Below, piece by piece: positions 36,601 to 49,924 of a stretch of DNA of 64,000 nucleotides. How positions within the stretch are numbered: the stretch's first letter is position 1; every line of letters begins with the position of its first letter. The DNA lies in NCBI GenBank assembly GCA_977017645.1, contig OZ360220.1, forward strand, positions 263,004,001 to 263,068,000, in the 5' to 3' direction. Origin of the DNA: Torpedo marmorata. Taxonomy: Eukaryota. Position numbers and translations under genes: made by a program. A model generated the notes under the pieces. That model was not told the origin of the DNA and searched no databases. It worked only from the letters and a program-made list of their open reading frames with translations.

Positions 36601-39600
36601 TAATCCACTGTTCTTTTAATAATCTTAAAGGACCTCTCACCTCATGTCCGAAAACTAACTCGAATGGACTAAAATCAAGTGATTCTTGGACAGACTCCCT
36701 CGCTGCAAATAACAAAAAATGAACCCCCTCATCCCAATCCTTTTCCTTCTCACAACAATAGGTTCTAATCATGTTTTTCAAAGTCGAATGGAACCTCTCC
36801 AAGTCCCCTTGACTTTCTGGATGGTATGCAGAGGATACAATCTGTTTAACTCCCAGTCCATCAACCACTTGTTGGAAAACGCCTGACGTGAAATTACTGC
36901 CGTGATCTGATTGAATTTCCCTTGGCAAACCTACCAAGGTGAAAAACTTTACCATAGCCTTTAAAATTGATTTTGCTTTAATGTTTCTCAGAGGAATGGC
37001 CTCTGGAAATCTGGTGGCTGCACACACAATTGTTAACAAATACTCATTCCCCGCTTTGGTTTTGGGCAATGGGCCAACACAGTCCACAATCACTCTCGAG
37101 AAAGGCTCACCGAAAGCAGGGATAGGTTGCAAGGGTGCCACCGGGCTACCCTGATTAGGTTTACCCACCACCTGACAAGTGTGACAGGCCCGGCAAAAGC
37201 TTACAACCTCCCTTCTCAAACTGGGCCAATAAAATTGTTTTATTATCTTCCTTTTAGTTTTCTTCACCCCAAGATGATCACCTCAGGGTGTGCTATGAGC
37301 CAAAGTTATTATTGCATCCCTATATACTTTTGGGATCACAACCTGCTGCACTACTGCCCATTCTTCATTGGCAGGAACATCACATGGTCTCCACTTTCTC
37401 ATCAACACCCCATCTTTTTCATAATAACCCACTGGCACCTTTTGAATCTCCTCTTCAGAGAGAACCTTATCCCTCACCTCAGCAAGATCAGGATCGTCCT
37501 TTTCCTTTGCTATTAGCTCCTGTTGGGATAGTGACAAATCTGTGCCTTGAGGTGTCTTATCAGTGGATGGTTGTAACACAGGAGATTGCTCAACCTTTTC
37601 CAGGTTTACTTGATTATCACTGACTTTTTCTTTCACCAATTTATTTTCCACTGCCTTCTCTACAGTGACATTTTTCTTAGACATGGCCCTGGTTATGGCA
37701 CATGCCGGATAAATATCAGAGTCTTTCTCTGACTTATCAATGACTGGCTTAGTGGTCATTCGCACTGCAGGAACTACTTTACCCTTAGCCAAGTCATTGA
37801 CTAGCAACAGTGAGACTCCTTCTACTGGCAACTCTGATCTCACTCCTATTATAACAGGTCCTTCCACCAAGTCTGAGTCCAACACTATTTTGTGCAAAGG
37901 AATGGACTCAACATCACCTCCAATTCCTTTAATTAAATTCATGTCACCAGTGTCAGTAGCTTCACAAAATTTCAAGACACTATCTAACACAAGTGACTGA
38001 GCAGCTCCAGTATCTCGCAAGATTTTCACTGGAACTTGTTTTGATCCTGCCTTAACTGAAACAAAACCATCAGTCACAAAAGGTTTAAATACATCCCTAA
38101 CTTTATCAGTAAATTTATCTCCTTCCTGGGTGTTATGCCTCTTCTCACTCTGAATACAAGCATTAGGTGTTGCATCCTTTTCTCTCTTCTTTTTCAACAC
38201 TGGACAGCTTGCTAGCATATGACCAGCCTTCTTACAGTAGTGGCAAATGGGACCCGAAGGGTTTTCCTTTTTCCACTTTCCTTCATTCCTTTCCTTAACA
38301 CCACTTCCAAATTTACTTTCCACTTGGGATTATCCACATTGACCTTTTGGAAAATTCTGCCTGACGTCCACTTAGGCTTGTGGGTTAAAGCATATTCATC
38401 TGCTAACTTAGCTGAATTTTGCCAAGTTTTCACCTCCTTTTCATCTAAGTATGCCTTAATATCCTCAGGAACACACCTTTTTATCTCCTCGATTATTATC
38501 AATTCTCTCAATTGATTGTAATCATTGTTTACTGCCTTAGATGTGCACCACCGGTCAAAACACACAACCTTTTCACAGGCAAACTCTGTGTAAGATTGGG
38601 CTGCTGATCTTTTTAAATTTCTAAACTTCTGTCTATAAGCCTCTGGAACTAGCTCATAAGCTTGGAGTATAGCCTTTTTCACCGTTTCATAATCAGCAGC
38701 TTGCTCCGTGGTAATAGTAGAATAAGCTTGCTGAGCTTTTCCTTTTATTACACTTTGTAACATAAGAGACCATTGGTCTTGTGGCTATTTTAACTTCATA
38801 GCCACCTTCTCAAAATGCTGGAAGTACTTATCTATTTCTGCCTCCTCAAATGGAGGAACCAACCTAACTTCTCTACTGGCCAAAAACCTCTCAACAGGAC
38901 CACAAATTTTATCTTGGTGCTCTTCTTGTCTCCTCTCATTTTCCAACTTAATCTTTTCCAGCTCATATTTCCTAATGTTCTCCTCTCTCTCTAAGTCTAA
39001 TCTCTTTTGTTCCCTGGCTGCCTCCAATTCCAATTTCTTTAGTTCCAACTATGTTTTCAGAAGGTTTACCCTTGGGAAACTGCTCTAACATGCTCGCCTC
39101 AAACATTTTCCCTTTTATATAGTATTTGACATTTTTTCTCCCAATCTCTGCCTTTTTCATAGATGGTTTTACAGAAGCAATGCCCAACTCTGTTGCTATA
39201 GCCACTAACTGTTCCTTTTTCTCCTTTTTTAAAGTATCAAGTTCAGGTGATTCCAAAAATGTTCTTACATCGATTGTTGCTGGTTTTTCATTACACACAC
39301 ACTAGCTTTTAATTAGCTTTACAAAAGGAATGTCTTAAACCAGACTGGGATTCCTTCAATTACCATGATGGATTTTGATTCAAATCCAAGGACGAGCCCC
39401 CAATTTTGTTACAAATTCAAACCAGCAACAACAGAAGACGCAATGCAAAAGGGGTAAAATTGAAATTTATATTTATTAAAGACAATTAAACATATAATTT
39501 CACAACAATTAACCCCACTATAAACGTCTATAAACACTATTCTTATCTAAAAGGTGTGTGTGTGTGTAAAGCCCAGACCATTACAGTCTGTGCCCAACCC

Positions 39601-40348
39601 TCATGTAAAAATGGAAAATCTTTCCCCAAATACCCCAGGTCAGTCACAAAAACAAGTCAGTCCTAAAAAAATACAGTCCACAAAAATTCACTCTCTATGT
39701 TCAGGGTCCAAATTCAGCTCTGTGTGCTGGCAAGCAGGACTTCTTAACGAACGTTGGAGAGAGAGACAATGACTGTTTATGCTTATGAATGCTTGGCTTG
39801 CTTTTCTTCTCTGATGACTTTCCCTTCTGGTGTTTTCACAAGGATTGCGAATCCAGATCCATTTTTGATTGAGGCTTATACTTGAATCTCACAGCCTGTT
39901 CTTCACAAAAGCTGCTCTCAACTCAGGATTTTGCTGAATCACCAAGGCCTTGCTTTTGGTCCCAACCTTTTCCTCTGGGATGCACAAGCCTGGATTTTTT
40001 ATGATTCAAAAGGCTCTGTGTTCTTCTCCCAACCTCTTCTCTGGGATGCACAAGCCTGGATCCTGCTGAGTTCTCACGCCTTTGCAACTCCAAAACTGCC
40101 ACTGATTCAATTTTCCATGACTGAACTTTTAAGCCTTCCTGCAGAGAGTCTCTCTGTCTTTTTTCAAAAGTTGAACAACCAAGTATATCTTTCCACAGTT
40201 TGTCTCCCCCTGGTGTCTCTCTCTGGTAAATACAAGAAGTCCTGGGCAAGTTAACTCTTTCAGTACCAGGTCCCAGTGTGTACTCCAAAAGACTTCATCC
40301 TTCCTGCTGACCATCCGCAGTCCAAATTGTCAGTCATGGTCCATAACA
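33651..40348 (-). mobile_element. Full-length Gmr1-type Gypsy LTR retrotransposon (gag with SCAN-like capsid and CCHC, protease, integrase, RT, RNase H), disrupted by stops and frameshifts
   Basis: LTRs 39407-40348 and 33651-34599; 4-bp TSD GAAG at 33647-33650 and 40349-40352; CHYCKKAGHMLASC, LRDTGA, integrase (VDCVGP, SDHGS) upstream of RT (YIDD); PPT GTGGGTGGGAGG. Confidence 0.96.
39390..39402 (-). promoter_or_regulatory. tRNA-Pro primer binding site of the Gmr1-type element
   Basis: TGGGGGCTCGTCC, 4 nt inside the 5' LTR, matching the 3' end of tRNA-Pro. Confidence 0.88.
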
Positions 40349-41344
40349 GAAGAAAATTCAGAATTCGGAGGTGCAAAGGGACTTGGAAGTCCTTATTCAG
40401 GATACCCTAAAAGCAAACCTCCAGGTTGAGTTGGTGGAGAAGAAGGCGAATGGAATGTTGGCATTCATTTCTAGAGGAATATCATAAGAGCAGGGATGTA
40501 ATGTTGAGACTCTATAAAGCACTGGTGAGGCCTCACTTAAAGTACTGTGTACAGTTTTGGGTGCCTTATTTGAGAAAAGACGTGGTGGCGTTGGAGAGGG
40601 CTCAGAGAAGATTTACTAGAATGATACCAGGAATGAAAGGGTTAGCATAAGAGGAACTATTGTCGGCTCTCGGTCTGTACTCATTGGAGTTCAGAAGGAT
40701 GAGGGGGAAAGGGGACCTCAGAGGCATTTCGAGTGCTTAAAGGCCTGGACAGAGTAGATGTGGCAAGGATGTTTCCCATGGTAGGGGATTCTAGGACAAG
40801 AGGGCATAACTTCAGGATAAAAGGGCGTCAATTTAAAACAGATGCGGAAAAATTTCTTTAGTCAGAGTGTCATGAGTGTGTGGAACATTGCCACAGGTAG
40901 CGGTGGAAGTGAGGTCATTGGGTGTATTTAAGGCAGAGATTGACAGGTATTTGATTAGTCAGGGCCTCAAGGGTTACGGGGAGAAAGCCGGGGAGTGGAG
41001 CTGAGTGGGAGGATGGGTCAGCTCATGATTAGAATGGCAGAATAGACGCAATATGCCAATGGGCCTACTTCTGTTCCTGTATCTTGTGATCTATCCTGAG
41101 AAACCTGCTTGTTAAATCTGCATCAGGTTAGACCAGTGACCCCATTCTTTTCAAAGGAGAAAGGTAGTGAATTATCTCGAATAACAGTAAGTGCAAGATG
41201 ATGTAAGCATTTAATTTTTTTTGTTTGATTGATTTTTTAAACTTTTGACTGTTAAGGAATGCTTACAAGCATTCAGAATGTTTGTTAAGTTTGACATCTG
41301 GCTAGGGTCTGATTAAATTAAAGTAAAAAAAAATGCAGACTTGG

Positions 41345-41540
41345 AAATCTAAAATAAAAATGAAAAATGCTGGAAATATTCAGCCAGTCAGGTTGCATCT
41401 GAGGGAAGAGAAACAGAGTCAACATTTCAGGACAGATACCCTTCATCAGAACTTTGACCTGAAATGTTGACTCTGTTTCTCTTTGCACAGATGTGGCCTG
41501 ACCTGCTGAGGATTTTCCAGCATTTTATGCTTTTATTTTA
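41345..41540. mobile_element. Palindromic Penelope-terminus mini-element with a hammerhead-like core on the minus strand
   Basis: Inverted arms of ~85 bp; the innermost 26 bp (41406-41431 and 41458-41483) are perfect; CTGATGA..GAAA on the minus strand at 41417-41453. Confidence 0.75.
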
Positions 41541-41884
41541 GTGCCAGAGTAATCTGCTCTGTTGGAAGTTGAATAAGATGTTTTCAGCAACTTTGAAAGT
41601 GGGGTTTGTCCTCTTGTCAGCCGGTATTGTTAAAACTACATACAAACACATTAGTTACTCTGTTAAATGCACAGCCCTTTAGTATATACTTTCATTATTC
41701 CAACACACATACACAAATTCTACATTTAGCTCAAATCTTTCAGAACTGGGGTGAAGTGGAATTTGTTCATCCAGGGGGTGTGAGAGTTAGAACTCTACCC
41801 AAGTGGGTGTGTAGGCTCAGTCACTGAATATATTTAAGAAAGTGACTGACACTTGTTGGATATTTGGGAAATCAGGATCATATG

Positions 41885-42106
41885 TGCTGTTCCCTCTAAG
41901 CTGTGCGCGTGTGCGCGCGCTCACACGTTTTGCAACCAGCGCACAGAGGAAATTAACGTGCGCAGAAAAGGTTAGTTACCTAAAATAATGTAGTGATTAA
42001 TAATTATACTTATTATACTTATTGCACATACTTTTGTACAGGAAAAAAATTTGCACAACATAAGATTTTTGTGCACACTGACTACTAAAAATTAGAGGGA
42101 ACATTG
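41885..42106. mobile_element. hAT-type MITE
   Basis: TIR TGTTCCCTCTAA / TTAGAGGGAACA; 8-bp TSD ATCATA(T/G)G; the empty site ATCACAGG is visible in the duplicate at ~28439. Confidence 0.85.
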
Positions 42107-42310
42107 ATCATAGGGTTAGTATAGATAAATTGTGTTTTTTTTAAAAAAAATTACCTAACTGAATGGTCAAATGGCCTGCTTATGTTTCTATTTCTTATGA
42201 TCTCATTTATTGCACATACAACTTAATTTCTCCATCACAAAGGTAATATTTCTCTACAAATTACTCTGTAATTTCTCATTACACAATGACAGAAATACCC
42301 CATGCACATA

Positions 42311-43245
42311 CAGTAGAAGTCCAAAAATCCGGATGCAAGAAATCCGGACCACCTGAGAATCCGGACTTTTCAAAAACTTTCAAATATTTAAAATTTAGCG
42401 GGCTTTTGTGTGCGTGTGTACATGCGTAAGCACCAAAGATGCACAGCGGCATTTTTATTTTTCTTTAAAACTGCTCGTTTTGATAAATGAAGCATGCTGT
42501 ATTTGCTAATGAATAAACTATCAAAATTTGCCTGTTCATCTCTTTTTTTTTGAATATTTTATTTAAATTTTTAATACATGTAGTATTACCCCATCCCCCC
42601 AACCCCCCTTCAAAATTATGTATTTATATCACAAATATCTATAAGTATATAAAAAAAAAGAAAAATAGAAAAAAGAAAGAAATTTTTGGATTGCATAGAG
42701 AAGCACCGCTCATGACATATCTCAAAATATCATATAAATATATTTAGAGGATGATCTTGCCGTTCTGGAGGTGTATAAAACACCTTTACAGATTTAATCT
42801 CATTATTTGGGTGCACGGGCGCCATGTTTGCAAAAAAGTAGAATATTTATTCCTCAAATTATATGTAATTTTTTCTAAAGGATGTATCAGATTTCCAAGT
42901 CACAGCAATACATTTCCTCGCTACTGCTAAAGCTAATTTAACAAATACCAGTTGATAATTTGATAGTTTCAATTTAGGTCTTGCACCCTCAATATTCCCT
43001 AAAAGAGCTAAATCAGGGGTTTGTGGAAATACAATTCCTGCAACTTGTTCTAAAAAATTTCGTATGTCTAGCCAAAAAGTTTTTACCTTGGGGCAAGACC
43101 AAGTTGAATGTATAAAAGAACCTACATCTTCACCACATCTACTGTTCATCTCTTTATTCCTCCTTAAATTTGAATTTTAAAAATACTGCCCAAAAATCCA
43201 GACCAACCCAATCCCTGAGCAGTCTGGATTTTCAGACTTCTATTG
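42311..43245. mobile_element. Tc1/mariner-pogo-type MITE carrying an L1 fragment
   Basis: TIR CAGTAGAAGTC / GACTTCTATTG with TA TSD; the empty site has a single TA at ~28606. Confidence 0.85.
42546..43141 (-). mobile_element. L1-clade 3' fragment (different subfamily)
   Basis: RCGEDVGSFIHSTWSCPK; poly(T) at the left end; TSD CTGTTCATCTCTTT at 42532-42545 and 43142-43155. Confidence 0.87.
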
Positions 43246-43802
43246 TACCGTGAAGTTCCTCATTATATAAACTTTTATAATTTTTCCATGCCACAAGTTC
43301 TCCATTACATTCACAGATGACTCCTCAATTATATATCTAGCCCTGACTTTTGTTACAAATACATAATGGGATTTCTTTATCTACTCATCCCAGAATTCTG
43401 TTCACAGCTCATATAACATTTGGGTAGACTATGCAGAGTCTTCTATCAGACTTGTTGGTTTGTAGCTTGAGAATTCAAATTTCACAAATTTAAAAACAAT
43501 TTCACATTGTGTTCAAATTTATCACCCTTGCAGGTACATTTATACAGCATCTACTACCACTGTTAAATAGAAGCTTTGCTGATGCTATAGTTATGTGCTA
43601 AACACATTATTCGGTGCAACAAAATGTGATGTAAAATTAATCTTGCACATGCTGTTTTTAGTTCAAGCTTGTTTTATATGATGTACCAACCCAATAAGTG
43701 TGACTTCATGCCACTAGCTCTAATACCCAAGATGTTACCGTAGTGCCATTTTCTCTGTCTTTACTCATCCTGTTTTAATGATTTTCCATTGATTTGTTGC
43801 AG

Positions 43803-43848
43803 GGAATGTGGTAACTCAATTACAGTCACCGTGCTTCGAAATACCTTA
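43803..43848 (+). CDS. FRMPD1: FRMPD1 coding exon C (end of PDZ), 46 nt, phase 2 to 0
   Basis: ttgcag|G...TTA|gtaagt; translates ECGNSITVTVLRNTL; phase fits both neighbours. Confidence 0.88.
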
Positions 43849-44297
43849 GTAAGTAGAAACTTTTAGGAGCAGAGCTTCCCAATTGATTAATGATTGCCAG
43901 AGTGGATTTCCTTTAGAACTTCCCATTGTACTTTTGTGAACTGAGGTTGAGCTGAACCTCGCCCAGTTTCTCTGCTGCATCATGAAAAGTCCCAACATAA
44001 TTTGCCCTTGGGAACTGCATCATGTCAGTACCTAAACTCTTCAGTCATATGCCGACCCGTTGTGTGGGAAGGGAAAAGTTCAGTGGGTTCAAAGGGCAAC
44101 AAGTCTGGACACAGGCTGAACATAGGAAGGATCTTTGTTAAAACACACATAAGGGGATCACAACAGGGATAACACACACTAGTACTCTCAATCACAAAAC
44201 ATAGTATAATTAGTCACATCTTCACCATCCACACTACACTACGCAAACAAATTTTAATGACATGATGTTTCTCTTGTAACTCAGTCAAATGCTTGCA

Positions 44298-45216
44298 ATG
44301 CAGTGGGTTGTATAAAGGAAGGGGATGAGTCAGCATACAGGATGGAGATTGAAAACTTGGCTGAATGGTGCACCAACAACAACCTTGCACTCAATGTCAC
44401 CAGAACTAAGGAGCTGATTGTTGACTTCAGGAAAGGAAAGCCAGAGGTATACAATCCAGTGATCACTGGGGGATCAGACGTGGAGAGGGTGAGCAAATTT
44501 AAGTTCTTGGGAGTCACTATCTCGGAGGATCTTTCCTGGACCCAACACACCAATGGCATCGTAAAGAAAGCACGTCAGCGCCTCTACTTCCTCAGGAGTT
44601 TGCGGAGGTTTGGTATGACACCAGAAACCCTGGCAAATTTCTACAGAGGTGTGGTGGAAAGTGTGCTGACTGGCTGCATCACGATCTGGTATGGGGACAC
44701 TAATACCCCTGAGCGTAAAACCCTCTAAAAGGTAGTGGACACAGCCCAGGACATCGCAGGCAAAACTCTCCCCACTATTGAGTACATCTACAGGGAATGC
44801 TGCCGTCAGAGTGCAGCAGCAATCATCAAAGACCCTCACCACCCAGCACACGCTCTGTTCTCGCTGCTGCCATCAGGAAAGAGGTATAGGTGCCACAAGA
44901 CTCGCACCACCAGGTTCAGGAACAGCTGCTACCCCTCCACCATCAAACTCCTCAACGACAAATTCAATCAGAGACTCATTTAAGGACTCTTACTTGTGCA
45001 CTTTATTGATTTTCTTTTTGTTCTCTCTGTATTGCACAGTTTGTTTACATTCATTATCTGTTTACAGTTCTTATATTTGTTTACATGTTTATGCCGTGTA
45101 CAGTTTATTTTTTCACTACCAATTAGTGGTAATTCTGCCGCGCCCGCAGGAAAAAGGAATCTCAGGGTTGTATGTGATGTTGTGTTTGTACTCTGACAAT
45201 AAAAAATCTGAAATCT
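44298..45216 (+). mobile_element. Rex1/Babar-type LINE 3' part (second subfamily)
   Basis: [35 protein letters not shown]; GACAATAAA plus (TCTGAAA) tail. Confidence 0.88.
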
Positions 45217-45586
45217 GTGTGTAAAATGTGAAGCCTGGAAAAGTAAGTGCTAAAATAGCCGTGAGTGTTTGAGTGGAAAGAAGAAGGTAGAGTCAAGAAT
45301 AAGATGAGGTATTCTGACCTTGACACATGCGAATGATTCACTGAACCTCTTCTAGCAGTACAGTCTATTCAATGGGAATAGAATTAAATGGGAGCTAAAC
45401 TCCTAGAATTGATTTCCTTAATTATTTTAGTAATCTGTTAACATGAGCTATGGAGCACAGGAGTCATCTCCTGTATCCTGGTATTAAAAGTGCAATTGAC
45501 AGTCTAAATTTCAGTGTCTAACCAGATCATCAATGCAAAAGTTTCCAAAAACAATCCAAACTTATTGCAGAATATCAATGCTATAA

Positions 45587-45742
<156 letters not shown>

Positions 45743-46009
45743 TAAGCTGACTGCTGGATCCACCCATACCAATACTATTAGAGCCATATTGCTCCTGGAC
45801 TAAGTACCCTTTGTTTGTGTGCATGCTGGCCATGTATCTGGATGTACTTCATCTCCCCAGAGATTAAAACTATTGATGGTGTGTGCTATGGAACTGTAGG
45901 CACTCTCTCCAACAGAGACATTCCCTCCAACAGCAATCCAGAGTACAATGTAAAATTCTTTACAAATACAAGTTTATGGTTGCACAGAACTTCAAATATT
46001 ATACAAAAA

Positions 46010-48750
46010 TGATATTTCGGTAACGGGCTTCCGTTGCTTTAGACGCGATAGAATGGGGGGGTTGAAAGGGGGAGGAGTGGCATTGCTCGTCAGGGAAAAT
46101 ATCACAGCTGTGCTCAGGCAGGACTGAGCAGAGGGCTCGTCTACTGAGGCTATATGGGTGGAGCTGAGGAACAGAAAAGGTGTGACCACATTCATGGGGT
46201 TGTATTATAGACCACTAAATAGTCAGCGAGAATTGGAGGAGCAAATCTGTAGTGAGATAGCAGACAGTTGCAGGAAACATAGAGTTGTGATAGTAGGAGA
46301 TTTTAACTTTCCACATATTGACTGGGACTCCCATACTGTAAAAGGGCTGGATGGATTGGAGTTTGTCAAATGTGTTCAGGAAAGTTTTCTAAATCAATAT
46401 ATAGAGGTACCAACTAGAGAGAGTGCAATACTGGATCTTATATTGGGGAACGAGACAGGACAGATGACAAAGGTATTTGTAGGGGAACATTTTGGGTCCA
46501 GTGATCATAATGCCATTAGTTTCAAGTTAATTATGGAAAAGGATAGGTCTGGGCCTTGGGTTGAGATTCTAAATTGGAGAAAGGCCAATTTTGAGTAAAT
46601 GAGAAAGGATCTAAAATGCGTGGATTGGGATAGGTTGTTTTCCGGCAAGGATGTGCGAGGTAAGTGGAGGACCTTCAAAGGAGAAATTTTGAGAGTACAG
46701 AGTTTGTATGTTCCTGTCAGGATCAAAGGCAAGGTTAGAAGGTTTTGGGAACTTTGGTTTTCGAGGGATATTGTGGATCTGGTTCGGAAGAAGAAAGATG
46801 TATAGCAGGTATAGGCAACATGGAGCAAATGAGGAACTTAAGGAATATAAAAAATGCAAGAAAAACCTTGAAAGAAATCAGGAAGGCTAAAAGAAGACAT
46901 GAGGTTGCTTTGGCAGATAATGTGAAGGTAAACCCGAAGGGTTTCTACAAGTATATTAAGAGTAAAAGGATAGTAAGGGACAAAATTGGTCCCCGAGAAG
47001 ATCAGAGTGGTCGTCTATGTGTGGAGCCTCATGAGATGGGGGAGATCTTAAACAGTTTTTTTGCATCAGTATTTACTCAGGAAACTGGCATAGTGTATAA
47101 GGAAGGAAGGGAAACAAGCAGTAGTGTCATGGAACATATAGAGATTAAAGAGGAGGAGGTGCTTGCTGCCTTACAGCGAATAAAGGTAGATAAATCCCCC
47201 AGGCCTGACATGATATTCCCTTGGACCTTGAGGGAGACTAGTGTAGAAATTGCAGGGGCCCTGGCAGAAATACTTAAAATGTCCTTAGCCACGGATGAGG
47301 TGCTGGAGGATTGGAGGGTAGCTCTTGTTGTTCCATTGTTTAAAAAAGGCTCCAAAAGTAAACCAGGAAATTACAGGCCGGTGAGCCTGACATCAATAGT
47401 AGGTAAATTATTGGAGGGTGTTCTGAGAGATTAGGTATACAAGTATTTGGACAGTCAAGGGCTGATTAAGGATAGTCAGCATGGCTTTGTGCGTGGTAGG
47501 TCGTATTTAACAAATCTTATAGAGTTTTTCGAGGAGGTTACCAAGAAAGTAGATGAAGGAAAGGCTGTGGATGTTGTCTACATGGACTTTAGTAAGGCCT
47601 TTGACAAGGTCCCACATGGGAGGTTAGTTCAGAAGGTTCAGACACTAGGTATCCATGGAGAGGTTGTAAATTGGATTTGAAATTGGTTGTATGGGAGAAG
47701 TCAAAGAGTGGTAGTGGATGATTGCTTTTCAGACTGGAGGCCTGTGACTAGTGGTGTGCCTCAGGGATCTGTGCTGGGACCATTGTTGTTTGTTGTCTAT
47801 ATCAATGATCTGGATGATAATGTGGTAAATTGGATCAGCAAGTTTGCTGATGACACTAAGATTGGAGGCGTTGTGGACGGTGAGGAAAGCTTTCAAAGCT
47901 TGCAGAGGGATCTGGACCATCTGGAAAACTGGGCCAGAATATGGCAGATGGAATTTAATGCAGACAAGTGTGAGGTGTTGCATTTTGGAAGGACAAACCA
48001 AGATAGGACATACACAGTAAATGGTAGGGCACTGAGGAGTGTGGAGGAGCAAAGGGATCTGGGAATACAGATACATAATTCCCTGAAAGTGGCGTCACAG
48101 GTAGACAGGGTTGTAAAGAAAGCTTTTGGCATCTTGGCCTTCATAAATCAAATTATTGAGTACAGGAGTTGGGATGTTATGGTGAGGTTGTATAAGACAT
48201 TGGTGAGGTCAAATTTGGAGTATTGTGTGCAGTTCTGGTCGCCTAACTACAGGAAGGATATCAGTAAGATTGAAAGAGTGCAGAGAAGATTTACTAGGAT
48301 GTTGCCGGGTCTTCAGGAGTTGAGTTACAGGGAAAGATTAAACAGGTTAGGACTTTATTCCTCGGAGCATAGAAGAATGAGGGGAGATTTGATAGAGGTT
48401 TACAAAATTATGAGGGGTATAGACAGAGTAAATGTGAGTAGGCTCTTTCCACTTAGATTAGGAGATAAATACGAGAGGACATGGCTTTAGGGTGAAAGGG
48501 GAAAGGTTTAGGGGAAACATTAGGGAACTTCTTCGGTCAGAGAGTGGTGGGAGTGTGGAACAAGCTGCCATCTGACGTGGTAAATGCGGGCTCACTCTTA
48601 AGTTTTAAGAATAAATTGGATAGATACATGGATGAGAGAGGTCTGGAGGGTTATGGACTGGGTGCAGGTCGATGGGACTAGCGGAATAATATTTCGGCAT
48701 GGACTAGAAGGGCCGAATGGCCTATTTTCTGTGCTGTAGTGTTCTATGGT
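46010..48750 (+). mobile_element. CR1 LINE, most of ORF2 (APE endonuclease plus RT) with stops
   Basis: [42 protein letters not shown]; CR1 3' hairpin and tail. Confidence 0.93.
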
Positions 48751-48789
48751 AAGAATCATGGAGCCATATGTTTTTATAAACCAGTTTTG

Positions 48790-49285
48790 ATGCCGCTAAA
48801 GGATATCAAGAGGTTGGAGGGGGTGCAGAGGAGATTCACCAGGATGTTGCCAGAACTGGAGTGCTTGAGGGAGAGGCTGAATAGGCTGGGTCTTTATTCT
48901 CTGTAGCATAGGAGGCTGAGGGGTGACATTATAGAGTTTTATAAAATCATGAGGGGAATGGATAAAATGAATGCTCCCAGTCTTTTCCCCAGGGTAGGTG
49001 ATTCTAGAACTCGAGGGCATAGGTTTAAGGTGAGAGGGGAGAGATGTAAAAGGGATCTGAGGGACAATTTTTAATTCAGAGTCCCCATCTGGAATGAGCT
49101 GCCTGAGCAAACTGTAGAAGCAGTAACAATTACAATATTCAATACATTTGGTCAAATATATAAACAGGAAGGGTTTGGAAGGATTTGGACCAAATACAGA
49201 CAAATAGGACTAGACCAGAATGCCATCTTGATCGGTATGGGTGAGTGGGGTGAAGTACCTGTTCAGTGCTGTATGACTCTGTGTC
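48790..49285 (+). mobile_element. Decayed CR1 3' fragment
   Basis: GTGCAGAGGAGATTCACCAGGATG and GAGGCTGAGGGGTGAC, collinear with neighbouring CR1 3' ends. Confidence 0.75.
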
Positions 49286-49924
49286 AGGATACTTGGCTCC
49301 TCTGCTGAGGGCTGATTCCAATCCACTGGGTAGATTAATTGCCTATTACACACCTGCTTGATTTACATTTCCAGACTGATAATCCAACAGCAATAAGAGG
49401 AGTTGTCACCTGCTGGATAGAAGATATAATACATGTCTGGAGACCTGCGCTGTGGGTTGGATAACAGGTCTTCTGCCAGTCATGGATGAAGACAGGTCTT
49501 GATTTTCTCTGGGTTTCTTTTACTGCAAATTGAAGACAGATTTAATTTGATGATAACATACTCCAAACTCCACTGTGTATCTCAAAGTGATTTAATCTCT
49601 GAAAGGACCATATTTATTGCTCAGCTGGACTCCTGCAGCATTGTCTAAAATCTTTTGGGACCTCCTGGATGAGAGGGGGCTTCTGAGGAATATGACCCCA
49701 CAGGATAAGAGGGGACAGTCAGCAATCTGAAATTGCACCAACCCTTCACTACACTCGCGTATTCTTAGTTCTCAAGAGATTTGGTAGATTTGCTGAGATT
49801 TCTAGCTCCTCGTTGCAGAATTAGTTTGGTAGGCTGGTGATCTGTCTTCAGTTCTCTCTTGGAATTTCATTCTATTCTCAGAGTTCCAGCAGTACTGTTG
49901 CTGGTCCCATTTCCTGCACCTTCT

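Larger units (their letters stand above)
32160..41090 (+). mobile_element. Older CR1 LINE interrupted by a V-SINE (32328-32564) and the Gmr1 element (33651-40348)
   Basis: HPQVLKEVAVEI, NYRPISL and KFADDTKIG before the insertion; LRLYKALVRPHL and the CR1 3' end after it. Confidence 0.85.
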
